DNA of 24,000 nt from Ramlibacter tataouinensis (lineage in GTDB: Bacteria; Pseudomonadota; Gammaproteobacteria; Burkholderiales; Burkholderiaceae_C): assembly GCF_001580455.1 (NCBI RefSeq), contig NZ_CP010951.1, positions 1,273,585 to 1,297,584 on the forward strand. The letters are read 5' to 3'. The notes under the pieces were generated by a model. That model was not told the DNA's origin and did no database searches. It saw only the letters and a list, made by a program, of their open reading frames with translations. The position numbers were made by a program, and so were the translations under genes. Positions 16,703-24,000 of the stretch are shown here, piece by piece (the stretch's first letter is position 1; each line of letters starts with the position of its first letter).

Positions 16703-16742
16703 TCAGTCCGCCTCAGTCCGCCTCGGTCCTCCTCAGTCCTTC
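16703..16742. repeat. Four tandem copies of a 10-nt unit (TCAGTCCGCC, TCAGTCCGCC, TCGGTCCTCC, TCAGTCCTTC)
   Basis: Read directly from the sequence between the convergent TfoX-N and LysR genes. The last unit contains the LysR stop codon (complement of 16733-16735). Confidence 0.85.
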
Positions 16743-17665
16743 TTCGCGACCTTGCGGACGCATTCCATGAACTGCGCGGTCGCCGCGGTCGGCCGCTGGC
16801 CGCGCAGGGTGATCATGCCCACCGGCGGCAGGTCCACCGCCACATCCAGGCGCAGGGCCTTGACCACGCCGAGCTGCTCGCCATGCCGGGCCACCGAATC
16901 CGCCATGAAGGCGACCGCGTCCCGTTCGTGGATGAACGCCAGCTGCGCCAGGAAGGAGGCGCTCTCCACCAGGTCGACCGGCGGGGGCAGCCCATAGCGG
17001 AAGAACTGCTGCTCCAGCTTGACCCGCAGTGACGCCCAGGGCGGCGGCAGCACGCAGGGCAGCGATGCGAGGTCGGACCAGGCGACCCGCCGCTTGCCGG
17101 CCAGCGCGTGCTGCGGGCGCACCACCGCCCGCATGGGTTCGTTGTACAGCGCCTCCGTCACCAGGTCGGGCGAGGCATAGCCGGGCTCCAGCCGCCCGAC
17201 GAACAGGTCCAGCTCGCCGATGCGCAGCTTGGGCAGCAGCTGCGTGAGGTCGCCTTCTTCCACCAGCACGGTGGCCTGCGCCGCCCGGCGCTTGAGCAGT
17301 TCCACCGCCGGCCCGACCACGGTCGGCAGTGCCACCACCATGGAGCCGATGCGGACGCGGCCGCTGGCGCCGCTTTCCTCCGCCGCGATCTCCTCGCGCG
17401 TGCGCTCGTACTCCGCCAGCACCTGGCGGGCAAAGCGGACGATGGAGGCGCCCGCCGGCGTCGGCTCGGTGCCGCGGGTGGAGCGCAGGAACAGGCTCAG
17501 GCCCAGCATGCTTTCCACCTCGCCCAGCATGCGCGAGACGGCCGGCTGGCTGACCGCGAGGAACTCGGCCGTGCGGCCCAGGTGGCGGAACTGGTCGAGC
17601 GCCACCACCAGCTGCAGGTGGCGCAGCTTGAGGTTGGAACGCAGGGCGCGGTCGATTCGGCTCAT
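16733..17665 (-). CDS. LysR-family transcriptional regulator (310 aa)
   Basis: N-terminal wHTH 'LRHLQLVVALDQFRHLGRTAEFLAVSQPAVSRMLGEVESMLGLSLF' plus a LysR effector domain. Divergently transcribed from the Bug/UxaA operon. Confidence 0.9.
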   Translation of the reverse strand: MSRIDRALRSNLKLRHLQLVVALDQFRHLGRTAEFLAVSQPAVSRMLGEVESMLGLSLFLRSTRGTEPTPAGASIVRFARQVLAEYERTREEIAAEESGASGRVRIGSMVVALPTVVGPAVELLKRRAAQATVLVEEGDLTQLLPKLRIGELDLFVGRLEPGYASPDLVTEALYNEPMRAVVRPQHALAGKRRVAWSDLASLPCVLPPPWASLRVKLEQQFFRYGLPPPVDLVESASFLAQLAFIHERDAVAFMADSVARHGEQLGVVKALRLDVAVDLPPVGMITLRGQRPTAATAQFMECVRKVAKKD

Positions 17666-17814
17666 GGCGCGATCATAGTTAACGTGGTCTGCATGAAGCG
17701 ATGATGATTATCGATTTGTCTGTTATGAAGCCGCCGGGAACAATCCGCTGCTCCAGCCCGTCTTTCCGAATGGGCCGCACGCGATTCGTCCACCGACCTC
17801 ATGAGGAGACATGC
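17666..17814. promoter_or_regulatory. Divergent LysR/Bug-operon control region with an AT-rich patch and small dyads
   Basis: This 149-bp gap between divergent genes contains the most AT-rich stretch I noticed (17671-17730). Within it are GTTAAC, a CGAT-N7-ATCG dyad (17699-17713, containing a T-N11-A arrangement typical of LysR sites) and a direct repeat TCTG..ATGAAGC x2. Promoter elements are not mapped. Confidence 0.35.
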
Positions 17815-18810
17815 ATGAATGAACTGAACATCCGCCGCCGCAGCGTGCTGCTGGGCGCCGCCGCCGGCGCGGCCGGCCTGGCCCTGCCGCAGCTGGCGCT
17901 GGCGGCCGACACCTACCCCGAGCGGCCGATCACCTTCATCTGCCCCTGGCCGGCCGGCGGCACCGCCGACGCGTCGATGCGCGCCATCTGCCAGACGGCC
18001 GCGCGCGTGCTCAAGCAGCCGATCGCGGTGGAGAATCGCGCCGGCGCCGCCGGCATGATCGGCGCCAAGGCGATCGCCTCGGCCAAGGCGGACGGCTACA
18101 CCATCGGCCAGATCCCGATTTCGGTGACGCGCTTTTCGCAGCTGGGCACGCTGCAGGCCGACCCGCGCAAGGATTTCACCTACCTCGCCCGCACCTCGGG
18201 CCAGACCTTCGGCATCGCCGTGCAGCCCGGCTCGCGCTTCAAGACGCTGCAGGAGATGGTGGCCCACGCCAAGGCCAACCCCGGCAAGGTCACCTATGCG
18301 CACGCGGGCGTCGGTGGCGCCACGCACGTCGGCATGGAAGAGTTCGCGCTGGCCGCGGGCATCCAGCTCAACGCCATTGCGTACAAGGGCGGCGCCGCCG
18401 CGCTGCAGGATACGCTGGGCGGGCAGGTCGACATGCTGGCCGACTCCAGCTCCTGGGCGCCGCACGTGGAAGCTGGCAAGCTGCGCCTGCTGGCCACCTG
18501 GGGCGAACAGCGCACGCCGCGCTTCAAGGACACGCCCACGCTCAAGGAGCTGGGCTTCAAGGTGGTGGTCGATGCGCCCAACGGCATCGGCGCGCCGGCC
18601 GGCCTGCCGCCGGAGGTCGAGAAGAAGCTGCGCGAGGCGCTGCGCGTCGCTGTCCTGAGCGAGGAGTTCAAGGCTGTGGCCGACCGCATCGATGCACCGG
18701 TGATGTATTTGGACGGTCCCGACTACCGCAAGTACGTGGGGCAGGTGTACGAGCACGAGACCCAGTTGATCGAGCGCCTCAAGCTGAAGGAGTTGCTGGC
18801 CAAGGGTTGA
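17815..18810 (+). CDS. Bug-family (TctC-like) tripartite tricarboxylate transporter substrate-binding protein (331 aa)
   Basis: Tat-like signal 'RRRSVLLGAAAGAAGLALPQLALA/AD'. Bug signatures: 'YPERPITFICPWPAGGTAD', 'VENRAGAAG', 'YAHAGVGGATH', 'IAYKGGA'. GAGGAGA SD lies 5 nt upstream of ATG 17815. Confidence 0.9.
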   Translation: MNELNIRRRSVLLGAAAGAAGLALPQLALAADTYPERPITFICPWPAGGTADASMRAICQTAARVLKQPIAVENRAGAAGMIGAKAIASAKADGYTIGQIPISVTRFSQLGTLQADPRKDFTYLARTSGQTFGIAVQPGSRFKTLQEMVAHAKANPGKVTYAHAGVGGATHVGMEEFALAAGIQLNAIAYKGGAAALQDTLGGQVDMLADSSSWAPHVEAGKLRLLATWGEQRTPRFKDTPTLKELGFKVVVDAPNGIGAPAGLPPEVEKKLREALRVAVLSEEFKAVADRIDAPVMYLDGPDYRKYVGQVYEHETQLIERLKLKELLAKG

Positions 18811-18825
18811 GCGCTTACTAGCCTC

Positions 18826-18855
18826 GCCCTGCCCTGCCTGCCTGCCTGTCTGCCC
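18826..18855. repeat. GCC(C)T microsatellite-like polypyrimidine-rich tract (about 7 units: GCCCT GCCCT GCCT GCCT GCCT GTCT GCCC)
   Basis: Read directly in the 59-nt spacer between the Bug and UxaA-family genes. No Shine-Dalgarno is visible before ATG 18870. Confidence 0.8.
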
Positions 18856-18869
18856 ACCGCCCGAATCGC

Positions 18870-20387
18870 ATGAGTCCCCTGATCCGCCTGCATCCCGACG
18901 ACAACGTCCTGGTCGCCCGCGCGCCGCTGGCGCTGGGCCAGGTCCTGGACGACTTCGGCGTGAAGCTGCGCGCCCAGGTGCCGGCCGGCCACAAGGTCGC
19001 CGCGCGCCGCATCGCCCGCGGCGAACCGGTCTACAAGTACAACGCGGTGATCGGCGTGGCCGCGCGCGACATCGAGCCGGGCGACTACGTCCATTCGCAC
19101 AACCTGGCGCTGGCCGATTTCGAGCGCGACCCGGGCTTCGGCCTGGACGTGCGGCCGGTGGACTACGTCCCCGAGGACCAGCGCGCCCGCTTCCAGGGCT
19201 ATGTGCGCGAGGACGGCCGGGTCGGCACCCGCAATTTCATCGGCATCCTCAGTTCGGTCAACTGCTCGGCGACCGTCATCAGCCGCATCGCCGCGCACTT
19301 CACTCCCGAGCGGCTGCGCGACTTCCCGAACGTCGACGGCGTGGCGGCCTTCGCGCAGACCACCGGCTGCGGCATGTCCTCGCCCAGCGCGCACTTCGAC
19401 CTGCTGCGTCGCACGCTGGCCGGCTATGCGCGCCACCCGAACCTGGCCGGCGTGCTGATCGTCGGCCTGGGCTGCGAGCGCAACCAGGTGGCCGACCTGG
19501 TGGACTCGCAAGGCCTGGAACGCGGCCGCCTGCTGCGCACCATGGTCATGCAGGAGGTCGGCGGCACGCAGGAGACCATCGCCGCCGGCATCCGCGCGGT
19601 GGAGGAGATGCTGCCGCTGGCCAATGCCTACCGGCGCCAGCCGGTGCCGGCCAGCCACATCAAGGTGGGCCTGGAGTGCGGCGGCTCCGACGGCTTCTCC
19701 GGCATCACCGCCAACCCCGCGCTCGGCGCGGCCATGGACATCCTGGTGCGCCATGGCGGCACCGCCATCCTGTCGGAGACGCCCGAGATCCACGGCGTGG
19801 AATACATGCTCACGCGCCGCGCCGTGTCGCCCGAGGTCGGCCGCAAGCTGCTGCAGCGGCTGGACTGGTGGAAGGAATACACCCGCGGCCACAACGGGCA
19901 GTTCAACGGCGTGGTCGGCCCGGGCAACCAGGCCGGCGGCCTGGCCAACATCTTCGAGAAGTCGCTGGGTTCCGCCATGAAAGGCGGCACCACGCCGCTG
20001 CAGGGCGTGTACGAGTACGCAGAGCCCATCGACCGCAGCGGCTTCGTGTTCATGGACTCGCCGGGCTACGACCCGGTGGCCGTGACCGGCCAGATCGCCA
20101 GCGGCGCCAACCTGATCTGCTTCACCACCGGACGCGGCTCGATGTTCGGCTCCAAACCCGCGCCCACCATCAAGCTGGCCACCAACAGCGCGATGTACGA
20201 GAAGCTCAAGGGCGATATGGACGTCAACTGCGGCGCCATCCTCGACGGCGAGCTGGACGTGCCGGCGATGGGCCAGCGCATCTTCGAGGCGATCCTGCGC
20301 CATGCCTCCGGCGAGCCGACCAAGAGCGAGTCGCTGGGGCTGGGCGACCACGAGTTCGTGCCCTGGCACCTGGGCATCGTGAGCTGA
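18870..20387 (+). CDS. UxaA-family dehydratase (altronate/galactarate dehydratase-like, SAF N-domain), 505 aa
   Basis: N-terminal SAF domain 'LHPDDNVLVA...VPAGHKVA'. Collinear from memory with E. coli GarD: 'GTRNFIGILSSVNCSA', 'IVGLGCE', 'ECGGSDGFSGITANPALG', 'GGLANIFEKSLGS', 'FTTGRGS'. Confidence 0.9.
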   Translation: MSPLIRLHPDDNVLVARAPLALGQVLDDFGVKLRAQVPAGHKVAARRIARGEPVYKYNAVIGVAARDIEPGDYVHSHNLALADFERDPGFGLDVRPVDYVPEDQRARFQGYVREDGRVGTRNFIGILSSVNCSATVISRIAAHFTPERLRDFPNVDGVAAFAQTTGCGMSSPSAHFDLLRRTLAGYARHPNLAGVLIVGLGCERNQVADLVDSQGLERGRLLRTMVMQEVGGTQETIAAGIRAVEEMLPLANAYRRQPVPASHIKVGLECGGSDGFSGITANPALGAAMDILVRHGGTAILSETPEIHGVEYMLTRRAVSPEVGRKLLQRLDWWKEYTRGHNGQFNGVVGPGNQAGGLANIFEKSLGSAMKGGTTPLQGVYEYAEPIDRSGFVFMDSPGYDPVAVTGQIASGANLICFTTGRGSMFGSKPAPTIKLATNSAMYEKLKGDMDVNCGAILDGELDVPAMGQRIFEAILRHASGEPTKSESLGLGDHEFVPWHLGIVS

Positions 20388-20392
20388 GTCTT

Positions 20393-20406
20393 CCCCCCTT
20401 TTTTTT
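20393..20406. repeat. Homopolymer pair C6-T8 in the intercistronic spacer
   Basis: 'CCCCCCTTTTTTTT' read directly, immediately upstream of the GGAG SD of the ALDH gene. A T8 run is conspicuous in this GC-rich DNA. Confidence 0.85.
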
Positions 20407-20418
20407 CTGGAGCACCGC

Positions 20419-21894
20419 ATGCTGGGTCCCCTGGCGCGCCGCGAACTGCTGCGCGATCGCAACTTCATCGCCGGCCGTTGGCAAGGCGCGGCCGGCGGCG
20501 CCACGCTCGACGTGGCGGACCCGGCCACGCTGCAGGTCATCGCCCGCGTGGCCGACAGCGGCGCCGCCGATGCGCGGGCCGCGCTCGATTCGGCGCAGGC
20601 GGCCTTTCCCGCCTGGCGCGAGCGCACCGGCCGCGAGCGGGCCCAGCTGCTCAAGCAGTGGCACGCGCTGATCCTGGCGCACCAGGAGGACCTGGCGCGC
20701 ATCATCTCGGCCGAACAGGGCAAGCCGCTGGCCGAAGCGCGGGGCGAGGTGCTGTACGGCGCCTCGTACGTGGAGTGGTTCGCCGAAGAAGCCACCCGCG
20801 CCCACGGCGACATCATCCCGGAGCCGGTGCGCGGCAAGAAGCTGATGGCGGTGAAAGAGCCGGTGGGCGTGGTGGCGGCCATCACGCCCTGGAACTTCCC
20901 GCTGGCCATGATCGCGCGCAAGCTGGCGCCGGCGCTGGCTGCAGGGTGCTGCGTGGTGGCCAAGCCGGCCGAGGACACGCCACTCACCGCGCTGGCTTTG
21001 GTGGCGCTGGCCGAGGAAGCCGGCCTGCCCCCCGGGACGATCAACCTGGTCACCGCCTCGCGCGAGCGCACGCCCGAGGTGGTGGACCTGTGGCTGCGCG
21101 ATGCGCGGGTGCGCAAGATCACCTTCACCGGCTCCACGCCGGTGGGCAAGCAGCTGGCGCGCGCATCGGCCGACACGCTGAAGAAGCTCTCGCTGGAGCT
21201 GGGCGGCAACGCGCCCTTCATCGTGTTCGAGGATGCCGACCTCGACGCCGCCGTCGCTGGCCTGATGGCCGCCAAGTTCCGCAACGGCGGCCAGACCTGC
21301 GTCTGCCCCAACCGGGTTTACGTGCACGAGAGCGTGCACGAGCGCTTCGTCGACAAGCTGGCCGCGCGCGTGGGCGCGCTGACGGTGGGACCGGCCACAG
21401 ATGACGCTTCGCAGATCGGCCCCATGATCAACGCGCGCGCCGTGCAGAAGATCGAGCGCCATGTGCGCGACGCGCAGGCCCGCGGCGCGCGGGTGGTGGT
21501 GGGCGGCCGCGCGCTGCCGGACATCGGTGCCGGCCACTACTATGCGCCCACGGTGCTGATCGACGCCGATCCCGGCATGGAACTGGCGCAGGAAGAGACC
21601 TTCGGCCCGGTGGTTCCCGTGTTCCGCTTCGCCGACGAGGACGAGGCGGTGCGGCTGGCCAACGACACCCCCTTCGGCCTCGCGGCCTATTTCTACTCGC
21701 GCGATGCGGCGCGCATCTGGCGCGTGGCCGAACGGCTGGAGAGCGGCATCGTCGGCATCAACGAGGGCGCGCTGGCGGCCGAGGCGGCGCCCTTCGGCGG
21801 CATCAAGGAATCGGGCTACGGCCGCGAGGGCTCGCGCCACGGGCTGGACGACTACATGCACCTGAAATACCTGTGCCAGGGAGGACTTCGATGA
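20419..21894 (+). CDS. NAD(P)+-dependent aldehyde dehydrogenase, succinate-semialdehyde / 2,5-dioxovalerate dehydrogenase-like (491 aa)
   Basis: GabD-like ALDH motifs: 'ITPWNFP', 'KPAEDTPLTA', 'FTGST', 'LELGGNAP' and catalytic Cys 'FRNGGQTCVCPNR'. GGAG lies 6 nt upstream of the ATG. Confidence 0.9.
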   Translation: MLGPLARRELLRDRNFIAGRWQGAAGGATLDVADPATLQVIARVADSGAADARAALDSAQAAFPAWRERTGRERAQLLKQWHALILAHQEDLARIISAEQGKPLAEARGEVLYGASYVEWFAEEATRAHGDIIPEPVRGKKLMAVKEPVGVVAAITPWNFPLAMIARKLAPALAAGCCVVAKPAEDTPLTALALVALAEEAGLPPGTINLVTASRERTPEVVDLWLRDARVRKITFTGSTPVGKQLARASADTLKKLSLELGGNAPFIVFEDADLDAAVAGLMAAKFRNGGQTCVCPNRVYVHESVHERFVDKLAARVGALTVGPATDDASQIGPMINARAVQKIERHVRDAQARGARVVVGGRALPDIGAGHYYAPTVLIDADPGMELAQEETFGPVVPVFRFADEDEAVRLANDTPFGLAAYFYSRDAARIWRVAERLESGIVGINEGALAAEAAPFGGIKESGYGREGSRHGLDDYMHLKYLCQGGLR

Positions 21895-21917
21895 CCACGC
21901 TCTCAGCCGCATACTGA
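21891..21917 (+). other. 8-codon mini-ORF (MTTLSAAY*) bridging the ALDH and FAD-oxidase genes
   Basis: ATG 21891-21893 overlaps the ALDH stop TGA 21892-21894 (ATGA). It is preceded by AGGGAGGA (21878-21885) at a 5-6 nt spacing. Its stop TGA 21915-21917 overlaps the ATG 21917-21919 of the next gene (TGATG). Confidence 0.4.
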
Positions 21918-23353
21918 TGCTCTCCATGGACGTTTCCTCCCCCGCACCCCTGGCCGAGGCCCTGGCCGACATCGTCGGCGCCTCGGCCTGCCTCACCGCG
22001 CCCGCCGACGTCGCACCCTTCGTCACCGACTACCGCAAGATCTACACCGGCCGGGCCGCCGCCGTGGTCCTGCCCTCCAGCACGGATCAGGTGAGCCGCG
22101 TCATGGCCTGGTGCTATGCCCACGGCGTACCGGTGGTGCCGCAGGGCGGCAACACCTCGCTGATGGGGGGCGCCGTGCCGGACGCCCACGGCGGCGCGGT
22201 GGTGCTGGGCCTGTCGCGCATGAACCGCGTGCTGGAAGTGGACGAAACCAACGACACCCTGACCGTGCAGGCGGGCGTGACGCTGGCGGCCGCGCGCGCG
22301 GCCGCCGAGCAGGCCGGCCGCCTGTTTCCGCTGCGCATTGGCTCGGAGGGCTCGTGCCAGATCGGCGGCAACCTCTCCACCAACGCCGGCGGCACCGCGG
22401 TGCTGCGCTACGGCAACATGCGCGACCTGGTGCTGGGCATCGAGGCGGTGCTGCCCGACGGCCGCATCTACCGGGGCCTGCGCGGCCTGCGCAAGGACAA
22501 CACCGGCTACGACCTCAAGCAGCTGTTCGTCGGCTCGGAAGGCACACTGGGCATCATCACGGCCGCGGTGCTGAAACTCGCGCCCCTGCCGCGCGCCACC
22601 TCGGCGGCGTTCGTCGCGGTCACCGACGTCGAGGCCGCGGTGCAGCTGCTGGGCGAAGCCAAGCGGGTGGCCGGCCCGGCCGTGACCGCGTTCGAACTCA
22701 TTTCAGCCCCGGCGCTGGCGCTGGTGCGCCAGTACCTGGGCGGCGTGCCCTCGCCGCTGGCGCAGGAGCACGACTGGATGGTGCTGGTGGAGCTGAACTC
22801 GGGCGGCGCACAGCAGGCGTTGGACGAGACGCTGCAGCAGGTGCTGGAGACCGGCATGGAGCGCGGCTGGGTGCAGGACGCGGCCCTCGCGGCCAGCCTG
22901 GCCGACGTGCAGCATTTTTGGCGCCTGCGCGAGGAGATCTCGGATGCCCAGACCCGCACCGGCGGCAGCGTCCGCTGCGACGTCTCGGTGCCGCTGTCAC
23001 GCATCGCCGCCTTCGTGCGCAAGGCCTCGGCCGGCGTGCTGGCGCTGGTGCCCGAGTCGCGCATGGTCATCTACGGCCACATGGGCGATGGCAACGTGCA
23101 CTTCAACCCGCTGCGGCCCGCGCGGCAGACCGCCGCCGATTTCCTCGCGGCCCACCATGCGCGCGTGAGCCGCCTGGTGGACGACGTGGCGCACGGCATG
23201 GGCGGCTCCATCTCGGCCGAGCACGGCGTCGGCGTGGCCAAGCGTGATGAACTGGCCAACTACAAGGACCCGGTGGAACTGGAGCTGATGCGGCAGTTGA
23301 AGCAGGCGTTGGATCCGAAGGGCCTGTTGAATCCGGGCAAGGTGCTGCGCTGA
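21917..23353 (+). CDS. FAD-binding oxidoreductase, GlcD / D-2-hydroxyacid (D-2-hydroxyglutarate) dehydrogenase-like (478 aa)
   Basis: FAD_binding_4 pattern: 'VVPQGGNTSLMGGAVP', 'GNLSTNAGG', 'RYGNMRDLVLGIEAVLPDG', 'KDNTGYDLKQLFVGSEGTLGIIT'. C-terminal 'SAEHGVGVAKR...LDPKGLLNPGK'. The start may be ATG 21917 or ATG 21926, and neither has its own SD. Confidence 0.85.
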   Translation: MLSMDVSSPAPLAEALADIVGASACLTAPADVAPFVTDYRKIYTGRAAAVVLPSSTDQVSRVMAWCYAHGVPVVPQGGNTSLMGGAVPDAHGGAVVLGLSRMNRVLEVDETNDTLTVQAGVTLAAARAAAEQAGRLFPLRIGSEGSCQIGGNLSTNAGGTAVLRYGNMRDLVLGIEAVLPDGRIYRGLRGLRKDNTGYDLKQLFVGSEGTLGIITAAVLKLAPLPRATSAAFVAVTDVEAAVQLLGEAKRVAGPAVTAFELISAPALALVRQYLGGVPSPLAQEHDWMVLVELNSGGAQQALDETLQQVLETGMERGWVQDAALAASLADVQHFWRLREEISDAQTRTGGSVRCDVSVPLSRIAAFVRKASAGVLALVPESRMVIYGHMGDGNVHFNPLRPARQTAADFLAAHHARVSRLVDDVAHGMGGSISAEHGVGVAKRDELANYKDPVELELMRQLKQALDPKGLLNPGKVLR

Positions 23354-23375
23354 AGGCGTTCGTGGTCCTCTGGGG

Positions 23376-24000
23376 CTAGCTTTTGTGAGCACCGGGATCG
23401 AGCATCACCGGAGCGGTGGAAATGACATCCTGCGGCGGGGGTTTCGTGGTGCCCCAGAGCGCTTCCGCATCGAACTCGGACACCTGGGCAATCGCAGTTT
23501 CACGTTTGAAGTCCTGCCCCGGATTCCCCGCATTGCGCTGCCGCGACGTGATTGCGCCGGCGTAGTAAAGGCATGCCAGGTCGTTCTCGAGACGCAATCT
23601 CGGCAAAGTCGTCCTGCGCTCCAGTTCGTCCAGGCTGGCAGGGCCCGCGGACAGCTCGGACAGGATCAGCAGATGCGAGTCGCGCAGCAATCGCAAGGGC
23701 ACGCGTGGCGCGCCACGGTAGTAGAGGGTGAGTTGCTGGTATCTCGCGGGGATCAGCGAACGTCCAGTGTGCCGCGCGTAGGTCCAGGCCAGCACGGCAG
23801 GGGTCGTATTCACGAAACTCGCGGGCAGGGCGTTCGCAGCAGGCGGGCGCCGCTGCCAGCTCGCTTCCCACAGCGTCTCGGGATGCACTCGCGGCAAGAA
23901 CGCCGCCTTGTTCTGACTGAGATCGACCACCGCAAGCAAATGCCCCTGGTGGCTGACATGGTAGACAGCGCCACGCATCTGGTCGATGTTCTCCGCGATC
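23376..24000 (-). CDS. Hypothetical protein, probably 5'-truncated by the window edge (at least 207 aa visible)
   Basis: The reading frame stays open from stop 23376 to the window end. Codons upstream of the tracked ATG 23978 read '...IAENIDQ' with no stop. GC is visibly lower than in neighbouring genes. No family recognised. Confidence 0.5.
   Translation of the reverse strand, partial: IAENIDQMRGAVYHVSHQGHLLAVVDLSQNKAAFLPRVHPETLWEASWQRRPPAANALPASFVNTTPAVLAWTYARHTGRSLIPARYQQLTLYYRGAPRVPLRLLRDSHLLILSELSAGPASLDELERRTTLPRLRLENDLACLYYAGAITSRQRNAGNPGQDFKRETAIAQVSEFDAEALWGTTKPPPQDVISTAPVMLDPGAHKS

Noticed and set aside
17662-22026. Very long minus-strand ORFs (364, 862 and 600 aa) antisense to the Bug, UxaA, ALDH and FAD-oxidase genes
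   Set aside because: All four + strand genes have unambiguous family signatures and SDs or coupling. The antisense translations are repetitive Ala/Arg/Gly/Ser strings with no motifs.
1-24000. Search for CRISPR arrays, tRNA/rRNA genes, IS elements, integrases, phage or toxin-antitoxin/defence gene signatures
   Set aside because: By eye I found no regularly spaced direct repeats, no tRNA-like T-arm or anticodon structures in the gaps, no transposase- or integrase-like translations, and no terminal inverted repeats. Absence is by inspection only and should be confirmed with tRNAscan-SE, Infernal, ISEScan and a defence-system finder.

Overview
The window is very GC-rich (judged by eye, not computed) and densely coding. 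It looks like chromosomal DNA from a Burkholderiales or Comamonadaceae-type betaproteobacterium. That assignment is an inference from a Bug/TctC-family binding protein, several LysR regulators and strong GC3 codon bias. I support 24 protein-coding genes, mostly metabolism, transport and regulation.

Gene order:
- dcyD-like PLP enzyme (-)
- stand-alone formyltransferase-family protein (+)
- GloB-like MBL hydrolase (-)
- small hypothetical (-)
- carboxymuconolactone decarboxylase (CMD)/AhpD-like protein (-)
- cytochrome P450 (+)
- berberine bridge enzyme (BBE)-type FAD oxidase (-)
- single-domain PAS protein (-)
- small 2-TM protein (-)
- TAXI-family solute-binding lipoprotein (-)
- gltS Na+/glutamate symporter (-)
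- aldose 1-epimerase (+)
- secreted hypothetical (-)
- glutaredoxin-like protein (-)
- LysR regulator (-)
- NTF2/SnoaL-like protein (+)
- Asp-nucleophile alpha/beta hydrolase (+)
- TfoX-N-domain protein (+)
- LysR regulator (-)
- operon of Bug binding protein, UxaA/GarD-family dehydratase, aldehyde dehydrogenase and GlcD/D2HGDH-like FAD oxidase (+)
- lower-GC hypothetical gene running off the 3' edge (-)

I found no rRNA, tRNA, CRISPR array, transposase, integrase, phage gene or recognisable defence-system gene.

The best candidate for something undescribed is the gltS-TAXI pair, possibly with the small membrane protein as a third part. A GltS-family secondary transporter is translationally coupled, with a 1-nt gap and an embedded Shine-Dalgarno (SD) sequence, to a TAXI binding lipoprotein. 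TAXI proteins normally partner TRAP DctQM membrane subunits, and this one also carries a ~200-aa N-terminal domain I cannot assign. That suggests a binding-protein-dependent GltS-type transporter.

Secondary leads:
- an uncharacterised Bug-linked hydroxy-acid catabolic operon with unusual intercistronic architecture: an 8-codon relay mini-ORF and polypyrimidine spacers
- an E-class-like P450 with no redox partner
- a 440-bp structured non-coding gap

The many long ORFs antisense to these genes are GC-content artefacts. All functional calls come from motif and family recognition by eye, with no database search.
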